From NCBI GenBank assembly GCA_003562365.1, contig PWVB01000338.1:1-48015 (forward strand): DNA of 48,015 nucleotides. The letters are read 5' to 3'. Within the stretch, counting starts at the first letter, position 1. Each line of letters opens with the position of its first letter. The DNA is from Anaerolineae bacterium. Lineage in GTDB: Bacteria; Chloroflexota; Anaerolineae; B4-G1; SLSP01. Positions 26,801 to 36,219 of this stretch are shown one piece after another. The notes beneath the pieces were generated by a model. It did no database searches and had not been told where the DNA came from. It saw nothing but the letters and a program-made list of their open reading frames with translations. A program made the position numbers and the translations under genes.

Positions 26801-28054
26801 GTGACCGACTCACAGACACCGGAGCGCTCGAGACGTCGGGCTCGCACGCTGGGGATTGCCTTTCTCCTCTTTGCGTTGGGCATTCTCATCCTGTTTATGC
26901 CGAGCACCGAACCTGGGCAGCAAACCAGGTTCAGCTTCGTCGAGACACGGGCGGAAGCACTGCAGATCGGGGATTTGATCTTTCCAACACGCATTGGGCT
27001 TTCTCTGCTGGCGGTGCTGACCGCCTTTACGGGTGCGTGGCAGTTGGTCAGAGGATTCGGTCGTGCCAATACTGTTCTAGGTATCGTTGTTGGCCTCTTC
27101 ATCCTGGCTTTTCTGACATGGGCAGCCCGAGATCAGTCTATGAACCTGACGGGGCTGATCAAGTCCTCGTTGCTGCGTGCCGTTCCGATCACCCTGGCGG
27201 CCCTCAGCGGCGTGATGTGCGAGCGGTCGGGTGTAATCAACATCGGTATCGAGGGCATGATGCTCACAGGCGCTTTTGCCTCTGCTGTGGCCGCCAGTGT
27301 CGCGAGCAGTGTGTGGATGGGGTTGGTGGGCGCAATGTTGGCCGGAGGCCTCATGGCGAGTCTGCTTGCGGTTTTGGCGATCCGCTACAAGGTCGACCAG
27401 ATTGTGGCGGGAACTGCGATTAACATTCTCGCCACAGGACTGACCGGCTATCTGAACTCTCGCTTTCTGCAGCGCACCCCGGAACTCAATCGTCCGCCTA
27501 CCTTCAGTGCCTTCCCGATTCCGGGTCTGTCGCGAATTCCGATCATTGGGCCGGCTGTCTTCAACCACAGCTTCGCCGTCTACCTGACGATGGCGCTGAT
27601 CGTCATCATTCAGGTGATGCTCTTTTATACTCGCTGGGGTCTGCGCACGCGCGCGGTCGGGGAGCATCCTCGGGCAGCCGACACGTTGGGTGTCAACGTC
27701 TTCCTGACACGCTACATCAATGTGATGCTCGGTGGGATGGTCGCCGGCTTGGGCGGGGCCTATCTGGTGTTGAGCTCGGTGGCGCGGTTTGATGAACTGA
27801 TGACAGCGGGCAAAGGGTTCATCGGTCTCGCGGCGATGATCTTCGGTAAATGGAATCCGATAGGCGCACTGGGCTCCTCATTGATCTTTGGCTTTGCAGA
27901 TTCGCTGCAGACACGGCTGGCGATTCTGTCCATACCTATTCCTTCCCAGTTTCTGCTGATGGCCCCCTATCTAGCAACCGTGATCGTGCTCGCGGGGGTT
28001 GTGGGTCGGTCGCGTCCACCCGCTGCCGACGGCGTGCCCTATGAGAAAGAGTAG
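26801..28054 (+). CDS. ABC transporter permease (second subunit)
   Basis: Polytopic, with ...ERSGVINIGIEGMMLTGAF... conserved with the partner permease family. Confidence 0.88.
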   Translation: MTDSQTPERSRRRARTLGIAFLLFALGILILFMPSTEPGQQTRFSFVETRAEALQIGDLIFPTRIGLSLLAVLTAFTGAWQLVRGFGRANTVLGIVVGLFILAFLTWAARDQSMNLTGLIKSSLLRAVPITLAALSGVMCERSGVINIGIEGMMLTGAFASAVAASVASSVWMGLVGAMLAGGLMASLLAVLAIRYKVDQIVAGTAINILATGLTGYLNSRFLQRTPELNRPPTFSAFPIPGLSRIPIIGPAVFNHSFAVYLTMALIVIIQVMLFYTRWGLRTRAVGEHPRAADTLGVNVFLTRYINVMLGGMVAGLGGAYLVLSSVARFDELMTAGKGFIGLAAMIFGKWNPIGALGSSLIFGFADSLQTRLAILSIPIPSQFLLMAPYLATVIVLAGVVGRSRPPAADGVPYEKE

Positions 28055-28062
28055 GGATTCTC

Positions 28063-29475
28063 ATGCGCAGTTCAGCCTCGGCCCCCTGGCCAGAGATTTT
28101 CGTCAGACGTATGAAGAGGTGGTTGGGCGAGGAGGCGGACGCCTTCTTTCGGGCCTTAGAAAAACGCGACTATGGGTTGCGGCTCAATCTTAAGCGCGGC
28201 GACCTCTGTGCCATCCAGGCTGGCCTGCCCTGGCGGACTGAGACCGTGCCGTGGTGTCCGGAGGCGGTCTGGTTGAAGGCGACGGCACTCTCCGCCGGCC
28301 CGTCGCCGGGGGCGCATCCCTATCACACTGCGGGAGCCTATTACATTCAAGATCCGACGGCGATGGCTGCGGCTGTGCTGCTCGATCCCCGGCCCGGTGA
28401 GTGGATTCTGGATCTAGCGGCTGCTCCGGGCAGCAAGGCGACCCACATTGGCGCGCGGATGCAGGGCGGGGGTGTCTTGGTCGCCAATGAGGTTTCTCGC
28501 GGTCGCGCCAGTGTCCTAGCGATGAACTTGGAGCGTATGGGGATCACCCATGCGCTGGTCACCAACGCGACGCCGGATGCGCTGAGCGCTCAATGGGCCG
28601 GGCTCTTTGACGCGCTGTTGGTCGACGCACCGTGCTCGGGAGAGGCGACCTTTTCACGGGACTCGCGAGCGCTTAACGCCTGGAGTCTCGACACCCTACG
28701 CGGTTATGCGGCGCGCCAACTTCAGATTCTCAATCAGGCAGCGCTACTGGTTCGTCAAGGTGGGCAAGTGCTTTACGGCACGTGCACCTTCTCTCCAGAG
28801 GAGAACGAAGGGGTGATCGCTCGCTTTTTGGGCGTCCATCCGGATTTCGAGCTTCTCGACCTGCCCTCATTACCATCAATGGACCGTGGCCATCCGGAGT
28901 GGATTGGGGCATCAGAGGAGCTGGAAAAAGCAGGACGCTTCTGGCCCCATTGGGGCCCCGGACACGGCCACTTCTACGCTCTGCTCCGCCGCACCGGCGC
29001 GCCGGAGGAGGATCTGCCAGCTGTTTGGGCTGAGCAGCGCATACCTGGTCGCGCCCGACGCCTCTATGAGACAACCCTCGATCAGGTGCTCAGAATACCG
29101 CCACCGCAGAAGGGTTTGATCCTAACCGAGGATGATCACTGTTATATCACGCCGGTCGATCCGGCACGCTGGCAGCGCCTTCCGGTGTTGCGTCCTGGGT
29201 GGTGGGTGGCTTCTCTTCGACATGGAAAGATCTTTCCGGATCATGCCCTGGCGATGGCACTCACGCCCGAGGATGTAAAAACCACCTTGCGGCTCGCCTC
29301 TGATGATCCGCGGTTGAAGCGCTTCCTGGATGGCGGCAGTTGGCCGGATCAAGGGCCGCCGGGCTACGTACTGGTGACCGTGGATGGGTACCCTCTAGGC
29401 TGGGCTAAACGGGGCGGGGGTAGGTTGCGCAGCCGCTATCCAGTGCATCTGCGACGACGCCGGGCGCTGGCCTGA
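28063..29475 (+). CDS. RsmB/RsmF (NOL1/NOP2/Sun) family rRNA cytosine-C5 methyltransferase
   Basis: SAM motif LDLAAAPGSKATHI and the catalytic Cys motifs LVDAPCSGEATF and LYGTCTFSPEENE. A C-terminal PUA-like extension fits RsmF-type proteins. Confidence 0.88.
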   Translation: MRSSASAPWPEIFVRRMKRWLGEEADAFFRALEKRDYGLRLNLKRGDLCAIQAGLPWRTETVPWCPEAVWLKATALSAGPSPGAHPYHTAGAYYIQDPTAMAAAVLLDPRPGEWILDLAAAPGSKATHIGARMQGGGVLVANEVSRGRASVLAMNLERMGITHALVTNATPDALSAQWAGLFDALLVDAPCSGEATFSRDSRALNAWSLDTLRGYAARQLQILNQAALLVRQGGQVLYGTCTFSPEENEGVIARFLGVHPDFELLDLPSLPSMDRGHPEWIGASEELEKAGRFWPHWGPGHGHFYALLRRTGAPEEDLPAVWAEQRIPGRARRLYETTLDQVLRIPPPQKGLILTEDDHCYITPVDPARWQRLPVLRPGWWVASLRHGKIFPDHALAMALTPEDVKTTLRLASDDPRLKRFLDGGSWPDQGPPGYVLVTVDGYPLGWAKRGGGRLRSRYPVHLRRRRALA

Positions 29476-29554
29476 AGGTCCACCACAGTTAGGTCGCGAT
29501 CAGGCTGGCAACGCGACTGTAGATGACCAACGGGATCAATGGCCCCGAGGACAG

Positions 29555-31948
29555 TCAGTCCTCATCCTCCTCGCCGAGGATGACGCGCCGTTTTCGGCCG
29601 GCGGCGACCTGAGGGCCGACAAGGCCCATCTTCTCCATCTGTTCCACGAGGCGTGCGGCACGCGGATAGCTGATGCGGAAACGGCGCTGGATACCCGAGG
29701 TGGAGATTTTGCCGCGATCCTTGGCATATGCAATGGCCTGTTCCAGCAGGTCGGCGTCCTCGTCCAATCCCTCGATGCGCCAGTGCTCTGGCCCCTTCGT
29801 CTCGGCGATCACTTCCCAGGGCGCCTTGGAGGGCGTAGCTCCGGCCTCTTGCTGCCAGAACCGGATGATCGCTTCGAGCTCGTCGTCGGAGATATGGCAA
29901 CCCTGGATTCGCATCGGCGCAGAAGCATCGGGCGGCAGGAAGAGCATATCGCCTTGACCCAGGAGTGACTCCGCGCCCGGCGTGTCGATAATCACGCGGG
30001 AGTCGGTTCCGCTGGCGGTTGCAAAACTCACACGAGCGGGAAAGTTGGCCTTGATCAGTCCGGTGACCACATCCGTGCTGGGCCGTTGGGTCGCAACAAC
30101 GAGATGAATGCCCGTGGCCCGCGCCATCTGTGCGATCCGGGTGAGGGTTCGCTCCGTCTCCTCCGGCTCCGTCATCATGAGATCGGCCAGCTCGTCGATC
30201 AGGACCACGATACGGGGCAGAGGGCTTTCTTCACCATCGTCGGCGTCTTGTGATCCCCGACGGCGTGCCAGCCGAGCATTGTAGTCCTCTAGGTTGCGGG
30301 CCACGGCTTTGGAAAAGCGCTTGTAGCGGTCATCCATTTCGTGTGCCACCCAGCGCAGGACCCGCAGCCCGTTTTCAACATCAGTCTCGGTGCTGCCCAA
30401 CAGGTGCGGCAAGCCATTCAGATGGCTTAGCTCAACCATCTTAGGATCGATGGCGATCAGTCGCAATTCCTCTGGCGCATTGTGCATAATGAGACTGGTG
30501 GCCAGTGCTTTGACGAAGACGGACTTCCCGCTACCGGTGGTACCGGCAACCAAAAGGTGCGGCATTCGCGAGAGATCCGCGACCTGAGGACCTCCGGCAA
30601 CGTCGAGGCCGACCGCGAAGCAGAGAGGTCGGCCACACTTGTGGAAGGCTTCACTTTCCAAGACAGCGCGTAATCCTACGAGGCTCGTATCGGCGTTAGG
30701 AACCTCAATGCCCACGACGGCGCGACCGGGAACGGGCGCTTCAACGCGCAGTGCTCGGGCCGCCAGAGCGAGTGCCAGATCGTCGGCCAGTGTGGCAATT
30801 TGACTGACCCGTACCTTGCGCTGCCGTTCGCCCTCAGTTCCGCGGCTGATGTATCCGGGCGAAACACCGAATTGGGTGACCGTTGGCCCCGGCCGAACCT
30901 CTGTGACACGGACCGGTACGCCAAATTGCTCCAGGGTCTCCTCGATGATCCGGCTTTTGCGGTCGATCTCGTCGGGGTTCATACCTGCGGTTCTTGATGC
31001 TTGCAATAATGTCAGCGGTACAAGAAATTCGTCCAATCTGGCGCGTCGGGGCTTAGCAATCGGTTGTGATGGATGGATTTTCGGCTTACTCCGCTCTCGC
31101 CCGTTGATGGATGCGGCTATTCGGCGTACCGTTGCGGCTGCAGGAGTCTCTGTTGAGGAGGGGGCCCTCGCGGACGAGGAGGGCTTCGCGCGATCGCGCA
31201 CAATCGGCGACACCACGACCCCTTCTGCCGGACTGTAGCTTTCGGATCTGGCCTGACGTTCTGCCGCCCGGGTTTTGGCCCGCGCAGCGCGGGCGGTCCG
31301 CCAAGCCGTCCATACTTCTGATAGTCGCTGGCCCAGAATCTGCAGGTCCTTGCGGGTGAGATCAAAGGCCAGCGCAATGCCGAGCATGACCACCAGACCC
31401 ATAAAGAGGCCCGTTATCAAAGGTCCGAAGTAGTCGTTAAGGAAGAGGTGGAGTGCCCATCCCACGACGCCGCCTCCTTTTCCCGACTGAATGAGCGACC
31501 AACTCTGGCGGCTGATAAACGAGAAGGTGAGGGTCTGCAGGCCCAGCAGCGTTAACTGCAGCCCTAGCAGTGGGCGCCACCGCCACGCAGTGGCTCGATG
31601 GACGAGATGGCGCAACCACAGGAGGCCGGTTGCTGTTATAAGAGCAGCGACAGGATAGGCCGCCCACCCAAAGGCGAAGACAAGCGCACGGACCCAAGTA
31701 CCTACGACGGCACCGGAGTTGACCCCGGGGATGAGGGTGATAAAGGTGACAAGCCCAAAAGCAATCAGGATCAGAGCCAGCACCTGCTGACCCGCGGGAC
31801 CTGCTATCCAAGCCAGAAGCCACTGGCCCAGGCTCTGCATCCAGGAAGCACCGCTCTTCGTCGTGCCTCGCTTTGTCGGCGTAGAACGGCTGCGACGAGC
31901 GGACCCGCTGCGCGGACGGGCCATGCGCTGGTACTTACGCTCGGGCAT
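29555..31948 (-). CDS. ftsK: DNA translocase FtsK
   Basis: Four N-terminal TM segments, a long Pro/Ala/Arg-rich linker, a motor domain with Walker A VAGTTGSGKS and Walker B VVLIDELADLM, and a C-terminal gamma winged helix (ISTSGIQRRFRISYPRAARLVEQME). The start is either ATG 31948 (overlapping the S1-paralogue stop by 14 nt) or ATG 31924. Confidence 0.93.
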   Translation of the reverse strand: MPERKYQRMARPRSGSARRSRSTPTKRGTTKSGASWMQSLGQWLLAWIAGPAGQQVLALILIAFGLVTFITLIPGVNSGAVVGTWVRALVFAFGWAAYPVAALITATGLLWLRHLVHRATAWRWRPLLGLQLTLLGLQTLTFSFISRQSWSLIQSGKGGGVVGWALHLFLNDYFGPLITGLFMGLVVMLGIALAFDLTRKDLQILGQRLSEVWTAWRTARAARAKTRAAERQARSESYSPAEGVVVSPIVRDRAKPSSSARAPSSTETPAAATVRRIAASINGRERSKPKIHPSQPIAKPRRARLDEFLVPLTLLQASRTAGMNPDEIDRKSRIIEETLEQFGVPVRVTEVRPGPTVTQFGVSPGYISRGTEGERQRKVRVSQIATLADDLALALAARALRVEAPVPGRAVVGIEVPNADTSLVGLRAVLESEAFHKCGRPLCFAVGLDVAGGPQVADLSRMPHLLVAGTTGSGKSVFVKALATSLIMHNAPEELRLIAIDPKMVELSHLNGLPHLLGSTETDVENGLRVLRWVAHEMDDRYKRFSKAVARNLEDYNARLARRRGSQDADDGEESPLPRIVVLIDELADLMMTEPEETERTLTRIAQMARATGIHLVVATQRPSTDVVTGLIKANFPARVSFATASGTDSRVIIDTPGAESLLGQGDMLFLPPDASAPMRIQGCHISDDELEAIIRFWQQEAGATPSKAPWEVIAETKGPEHWRIEGLDEDADLLEQAIAYAKDRGKISTSGIQRRFRISYPRAARLVEQMEKMGLVGPQVAAGRKRRVILGEEDED

Positions 31949-32876
31949 TCAACTCCTCTGGACCGACCAAAGCCAGGGCGATCCGATGATCACGGGGCAC
32001 GATGTCGAGGATCCGCACTGCGATTGGGTCGCCGGTTGCATAGGAGCACAGAAGCTCTTCCTCACAGCTGGCGTTCAATTCTGAGATATGCAGCAATCCC
32101 TCAATGCCCTCCAGTAGCTCGACGAAGATGCCGAAGCGTTCCACACTGGCGATGGATCCGCGCACCTTATCGCCGGGACCAAGACGCTCTGCGACAGAGG
32201 TCCAGGGATTGGGGCACAGCCGCTTCAGGCTCAGTCCAACGCGCCGATGGTCCAAGTCAACGTTCAGTATTTTGCACTCGACCTCGTGACCCGGTTTCAC
32301 GAAGTCCTGTGGGTGTCGGACCCGGCCCCAGGAGATCTCAGAGATGTGTACCATCCCTTCCAGAGGCCCGATATCGACAAAAGCCCCGAAGGGGCGCACG
32401 CTGGTCACCGTTCCTTTGCAGGTTGTGCCCACACACAGCCAGTCAGGCCACTCTGGCTCCTCCAATTCGCACTCAGCCACCTGGCGTTCGGAGAGCAGAA
32501 TTCGGTTGCGCGAGGGCTCGACCTCAATCAGACACAAACGCAAGGTCTTACCCAGATACTGGGCAAAACAGCCCTCACGGGCTTCGGGATCGGCGGGAAA
32601 CGGGTAGGCAATCAGGTGGGAGGCAGGTACGAAGCACTCGATGCCCTTCCAATGGGCGATGAGGCCGCCGCGATTGTAGCTATCGATGGAAAGGTTCAAC
32701 ACCGCGTGACGGCGTTGCAGCTCCCGGGCCTCATCCCATACTTCCAGGTCGATGGCCGGCACCTCGATCCACTCCCACGCCTCCTCTATCTCGCCGGCGC
32801 TTAACGGACCCTCCTCAAGCAGCGCCTGCCAGTAGCGCTCACAGGGGGGGCAATAGGCCGGAACATAATGTCCCAT
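31935..32876 (-). CDS. S1 RNA-binding domain protein (three S1 repeats, Cys-containing N-terminus)
   Basis: Three OB/S1 repeats, for example GTVTSVRPFGAFVDIGPLEGMVHISEISW and GSIASVERFGIFVELLEGIEGLLHISELN. The N-terminus is MGHYVPAYCPPCERYW. Confidence 0.8.
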   Translation of the reverse strand: MGHYVPAYCPPCERYWQALLEEGPLSAGEIEEAWEWIEVPAIDLEVWDEARELQRRHAVLNLSIDSYNRGGLIAHWKGIECFVPASHLIAYPFPADPEAREGCFAQYLGKTLRLCLIEVEPSRNRILLSERQVAECELEEPEWPDWLCVGTTCKGTVTSVRPFGAFVDIGPLEGMVHISEISWGRVRHPQDFVKPGHEVECKILNVDLDHRRVGLSLKRLCPNPWTSVAERLGPGDKVRGSIASVERFGIFVELLEGIEGLLHISELNASCEEELLCSYATGDPIAVRILDIVPRDHRIALALVGPEELNARA

Positions 32877-32938
32877 TCAGCGGCTCCTTACTTGCAGTAT
32901 TTTGGGCAATCCTAATTCCATTGGTCAACGGCACGAGG

Positions 32939-34810
32939 TCAACCCGATGAGCCCTGCGCCTCTCGCTCCATCTCGATCAGAATGTCGGCCAGATTCTCGA
33001 TGGCGATCCGTTGCTTACGGTAAAGATCGGACTCGCTTACGGCGAGCCGTACAGCTACCTGTCGCACTTTCTGACCCCGCAGGAACTTCATCTCAAGGAT
33101 ATTGTATAATAGCCACTCGGGTGCTGTCAACTTTCGTTCACCCTCAGGGCGAAGTCGCTCAATCGCATTGGCCAGGACCGCGCGCAATCCTTGCACCACA
33201 TTTCCTTGGTGCTCCAGAGCAGCCTGGCGGACGACCTCAAGCTCGAGGAGCGGATTTCCGGTCAGGCGCGGGCCGCCCCAGTAATGTGCGAGGGCGTCGT
33301 GCACCCACTGAGGTAGCTCAGGTGATTGCACGAGTGAAAAGCCGACCACTGAGTCGCCGTCGTAGCGCAACATCCCGCCACGCATCTGAATGTCTCTGAG
33401 CTCAGGAAGGAGCGGCATAAAGGCATCAAAGACGACCTGTTGTAGACGTCGGTCGGCTAACGCTGCTGAGGCCTGCAACAGGAGCTGATCCAGCCTCTCT
33501 GTCCGTTCCTCCGATAGCGCTGGACCAGTATCCGGTGCGCGTACCCCGATCATCCCTAGCAGGTCGCTGCCCGTCTTGTCCCGCAGGGGAATGATCCAGT
33601 AGCCATCCCACTCGATGAAGTTGCCCTCCTTGCGAGCTTGGGTGACCTCGGTAAGCGGGATATCGGCGATTTCCTCCTCCGACATAGCGAGATCACACCA
33701 GACTTCCCACCGAAGCTTACCCTCCTCAAGGATCGCGAGAAATCCTCCGCTGCTGCGCATCAACTCGCAGACTGCCGCCAGGACGTTTTCTAGAAACTGC
33801 TGCACATCGGCGGTGGTGAGCAATCGCTGGCTTAGCTCCTGAACTCGGGTGACCTCAAAGGCGCCACCTCGGTACAGCAGCAGGTCGATCACCGGCTTTA
33901 ACAGCTCTACGCCCAGCTGGGTCAGGATGATCGCAACGGACAGCGCCACGAGCGCCAGTGTATAATCGGCCAATCCCAGGATGGGTTCGATGGTCCGACC
34001 AACACCGAAAGCGATCAGTGCCAGAATTGCCGCCAGTGGACCTCGCATCAAAAAGCGTACCATCCGATGTTTGATGACCCGATCCGGCATTAAGGTGCCA
34101 GAGAAAGCCACGCTGTAGGCCACGAGCGCGAGCATCGCGCCTACAGCAACGTTGCCTGTGATGAGCAGCATATGTAGCATTGCATCGGGCAGTCCGGCTG
34201 GCCACCCAGTCAACAACAGATAAGGAAACACGCCCATAGCCGGCGCCACAAAGCCAATGGATAGATAGGCCATGCGCCGTCTTGCCGTGCGAGTGTGGCA
34301 GCGCCTGCGGGCAAACAGCATCTCCCGCAGTCCCCACAGAGCCACAACAGAGAAGAACAGGGCAAAGGGATAGAAGAGCATCCCAGGGCGCATATGATAG
34401 GCGCCGGCGGCGGCGATGTCACCCCGGACCACCAGGTCTGTGTAGAGTGCCAACAAAGTGATTAGCCCGCCGAGACCAAAGCCCACCTGCCGCAGCCATC
34501 CGGGAAAACGATCCCGCAGGACTGAAAGACGAATTGCCCGTACGAACTCCATATAGAAAGGGGGCGTAAAGGCAATGCCCAGCCACTGGATGCGGAGCAA
34601 GGCCTCGGCGGGGTCGGGCCCGGAAATGTTTGTCAACAGTAGATCCGTGAGATAGACCACAATCACACATCCCAACAAACCTACAAAGGTCTGAGCCACC
34701 CGGCTCCCCCGATTATAGAAGAGTAGATAGAGCGCCAGCGCCAGTGCTGTCGCGCCAACGCCTGCGGTGAGGACGTCGTTAGCGCGACTAAGAAAGTGTA
34801 ACCAGTCCAT
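32939..34810 (-). CDS. polytopic membrane sensor-regulator: about 9 TM segments + GAF-like domain + C-terminal sigma70-region-4-like HTH
   Basis: The start is re-set to ATG 34810 (MDWLHFLS...), which removes an overlap with the upstream GNAT gene. About nine hydrophobic segments span the first ~370 aa. The middle region (...LENVLAAVCELMRSSGGFLAILEEGKLRWEV...WIIPLRDKTGSDLLGMIGV) reads like a GAF fold. The last ~60 aa, PEWLLYNILEMKFLRGQKVRQVAVRLAVSESDLYRKQRIAIENLADIL, have the pattern of ECF-sigma region 4 / LuxR-like HTHs. Confidence 0.7.
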   Translation of the reverse strand: MDWLHFLSRANDVLTAGVGATALALALYLLFYNRGSRVAQTFVGLLGCVIVVYLTDLLLTNISGPDPAEALLRIQWLGIAFTPPFYMEFVRAIRLSVLRDRFPGWLRQVGFGLGGLITLLALYTDLVVRGDIAAAGAYHMRPGMLFYPFALFFSVVALWGLREMLFARRRCHTRTARRRMAYLSIGFVAPAMGVFPYLLLTGWPAGLPDAMLHMLLITGNVAVGAMLALVAYSVAFSGTLMPDRVIKHRMVRFLMRGPLAAILALIAFGVGRTIEPILGLADYTLALVALSVAIILTQLGVELLKPVIDLLLYRGGAFEVTRVQELSQRLLTTADVQQFLENVLAAVCELMRSSGGFLAILEEGKLRWEVWCDLAMSEEEIADIPLTEVTQARKEGNFIEWDGYWIIPLRDKTGSDLLGMIGVRAPDTGPALSEERTERLDQLLLQASAALADRRLQQVVFDAFMPLLPELRDIQMRGGMLRYDGDSVVGFSLVQSPELPQWVHDALAHYWGGPRLTGNPLLELEVVRQAALEHQGNVVQGLRAVLANAIERLRPEGERKLTAPEWLLYNILEMKFLRGQKVRQVAVRLAVSESDLYRKQRIAIENLADILIEMEREAQGSSG

Positions 34811-34830
34811 AGCTAACAATGGCGGGACAG

Positions 34831-35361
34831 TTAACGAATTCTCTGGCGGAAGAAGAGGGCGACTTCCTGACCGGGCCAGTACGCGTCCTGGAAACCACAG
34901 AAGGCGAACCGATGGTGCTGCGCGAAGGCGACCGCAGGATAAGCCTTTAGCGGACAGGTCAAAACCAGCTGGTGGATTCGCTGTCTCAGACACCACTCGG
35001 TCGCCCGGAGCAGCATCGCGGAGGCCACGCCATTGCGGCGATAGTTGGGTTCGACGACCAGTTCCGCGATATGTGCTTGGTAGCGAGCCTGATCGATGAC
35101 GAGCCCCAGATAGCTGATGATTTCGCGTTGTTCGACTGCGACCCAGAAACTGTCGCGACGCTGCCAGCTCTTGAGATGGCCGTCATCGGGCTCCATTGGC
35201 TGAATGCGAAGCGTGCGCGGTAGCCGAATCTCGCGGAAGGTGATGTGTCGCTCCCCGCTCTGTTGGTATTCGTCCATCTGCCACGCTATGTCAGTCTCGT
35301 ATCCGGCGTCAATGCCCAGACAGGCCTCCCAATCGCCATCCCGTACGGTACGAACAAGCAC
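34831..35361 (-). CDS. GNAT-family N-acetyltransferase
   Basis: Motif A is LVVEPNYRRNGVASAMLLRATEW. The GTG start at 35361 is preceded by GGGAGGT, 4 nt upstream. The gene ends 20 nt before the sensor-regulator gene. Confidence 0.82.
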   Translation of the reverse strand: MLVRTVRDGDWEACLGIDAGYETDIAWQMDEYQQSGERHITFREIRLPRTLRIQPMEPDDGHLKSWQRRDSFWVAVEQREIISYLGLVIDQARYQAHIAELVVEPNYRRNGVASAMLLRATEWCLRQRIHQLVLTCPLKAYPAVAFAQHHRFAFCGFQDAYWPGQEVALFFRQRIR

Positions 35362-35460
35362 GCTTACCTCCCTTCAAATAGGTGCCCATCGGGTCGCTCC
35401 GGGCCGAGGGTCTTGCGCCCAGAGTGGACGGCAATTCAGGCACTTGATGTTAGCTCTAAT

Positions 35461-36219
35461 CTACTCGGCTTCGGCCGTTATGTTCACGGGGATGGTACAG
35501 GTTGTGGTGTTTCCATAAATATCAACTACCACCAGCTGAAACCGGTAAGGTCCACCAGGCGGATAGCGCGACGGATCGGATACATCCCACGATCCCAGCG
35601 GTCCGTTGTCCACCGGCTCGTTTCGTTGATAGACGAAGTTAGGCGCGGTAGATTCCGGGAAAACTACCTCAAATCGGTAGTAGGAAAAGGCGTTTACCTC
35701 TGCAGTGCCCAGTACCTCAACGACGCCAGATAGGTCAGTTCCGGCGACGGGTGAGCTAACCTGGGCTCCGGGGTCGGGGCAATCGGGTTGGAGCATTTCG
35801 GGGGATACTTGCGCTGGCGCCGCAGGAGCGATGACGGTCCCCACCGGCTCCGGAGCTGACGCTATGGCCTGTGTGAGTGGTTCCGAAGTCAAAAGGGCCT
35901 CACTGGACTGAAAGGGCAAGGGTGTCGGTGTGTAGAGGCCGCTGCTGGGCGTGGGCGTCACAGCTCCATTGCCGGCTACCGTTGGTATCCAAAAGACACT
36001 GACCATAAATACGGTTCCGGCCAGTGCTAGGAACAATGCTGCCACGAACCAAGCACGGGTCATATGCCGATGGTAGATCTCACGCTCCAGCGAGAACTGT
36101 GCCGTATCGCGGCGCCGTTTCGCCGTGATCGCGGAGATGATGTACCCGCCTGCGCCCGCCAGACAGATCAGTGAGACCCACAGGATCTGGCGGCTGAGCC
36201 AGTCCAGAATAACGTTCAT
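35461..36219 (-). CDS. hypothetical membrane protein (2 TM segments + Pro/Thr linker + beta-rich extracytoplasmic domain)
   Basis: The TM segments are ILWVSLICLAGAGGYIISAI and AWFVAALFLALAGTVFMVSVFWI, followed by a low-complexity P/T/S/A linker. The C-terminal ~100 aa have alternating beta-like patterns (VVEVLGTAEVNAFSYYRFEVVF...YRFQLVVVDIYGNTTTCTIPVNI). The ATG overlaps the preceding gene's stop (ATGA). Confidence 0.65.
   Translation of the reverse strand: MNVILDWLSRQILWVSLICLAGAGGYIISAITAKRRRDTAQFSLEREIYHRHMTRAWFVAALFLALAGTVFMVSVFWIPTVAGNGAVTPTPSSGLYTPTPLPFQSSEALLTSEPLTQAIASAPEPVGTVIAPAAPAQVSPEMLQPDCPDPGAQVSSPVAGTDLSGVVEVLGTAEVNAFSYYRFEVVFPESTAPNFVYQRNEPVDNGPLGSWDVSDPSRYPPGGPYRFQLVVVDIYGNTTTCTIPVNITAEAE

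Noticed and set aside
31598-32662. A 354-aa plus-strand ORF rich in Arg/Pro/Ser.
   Set aside because: It is antisense to the ftsK 5' region and the S1-paralogue gene. The composition is characteristic of out-of-frame GC-rich translation.
32844-32850. A G7 (C7 on the coding strand) homopolymer in codons 9-11 of the S1 paralogue, as a possible slipped-strand phase-variation site.
   Set aside because: Seven residues is short for phase variation, and such a run is not surprising in a high-G+C genome. It encodes the Pro-Pro of CPPC, which looks functional.
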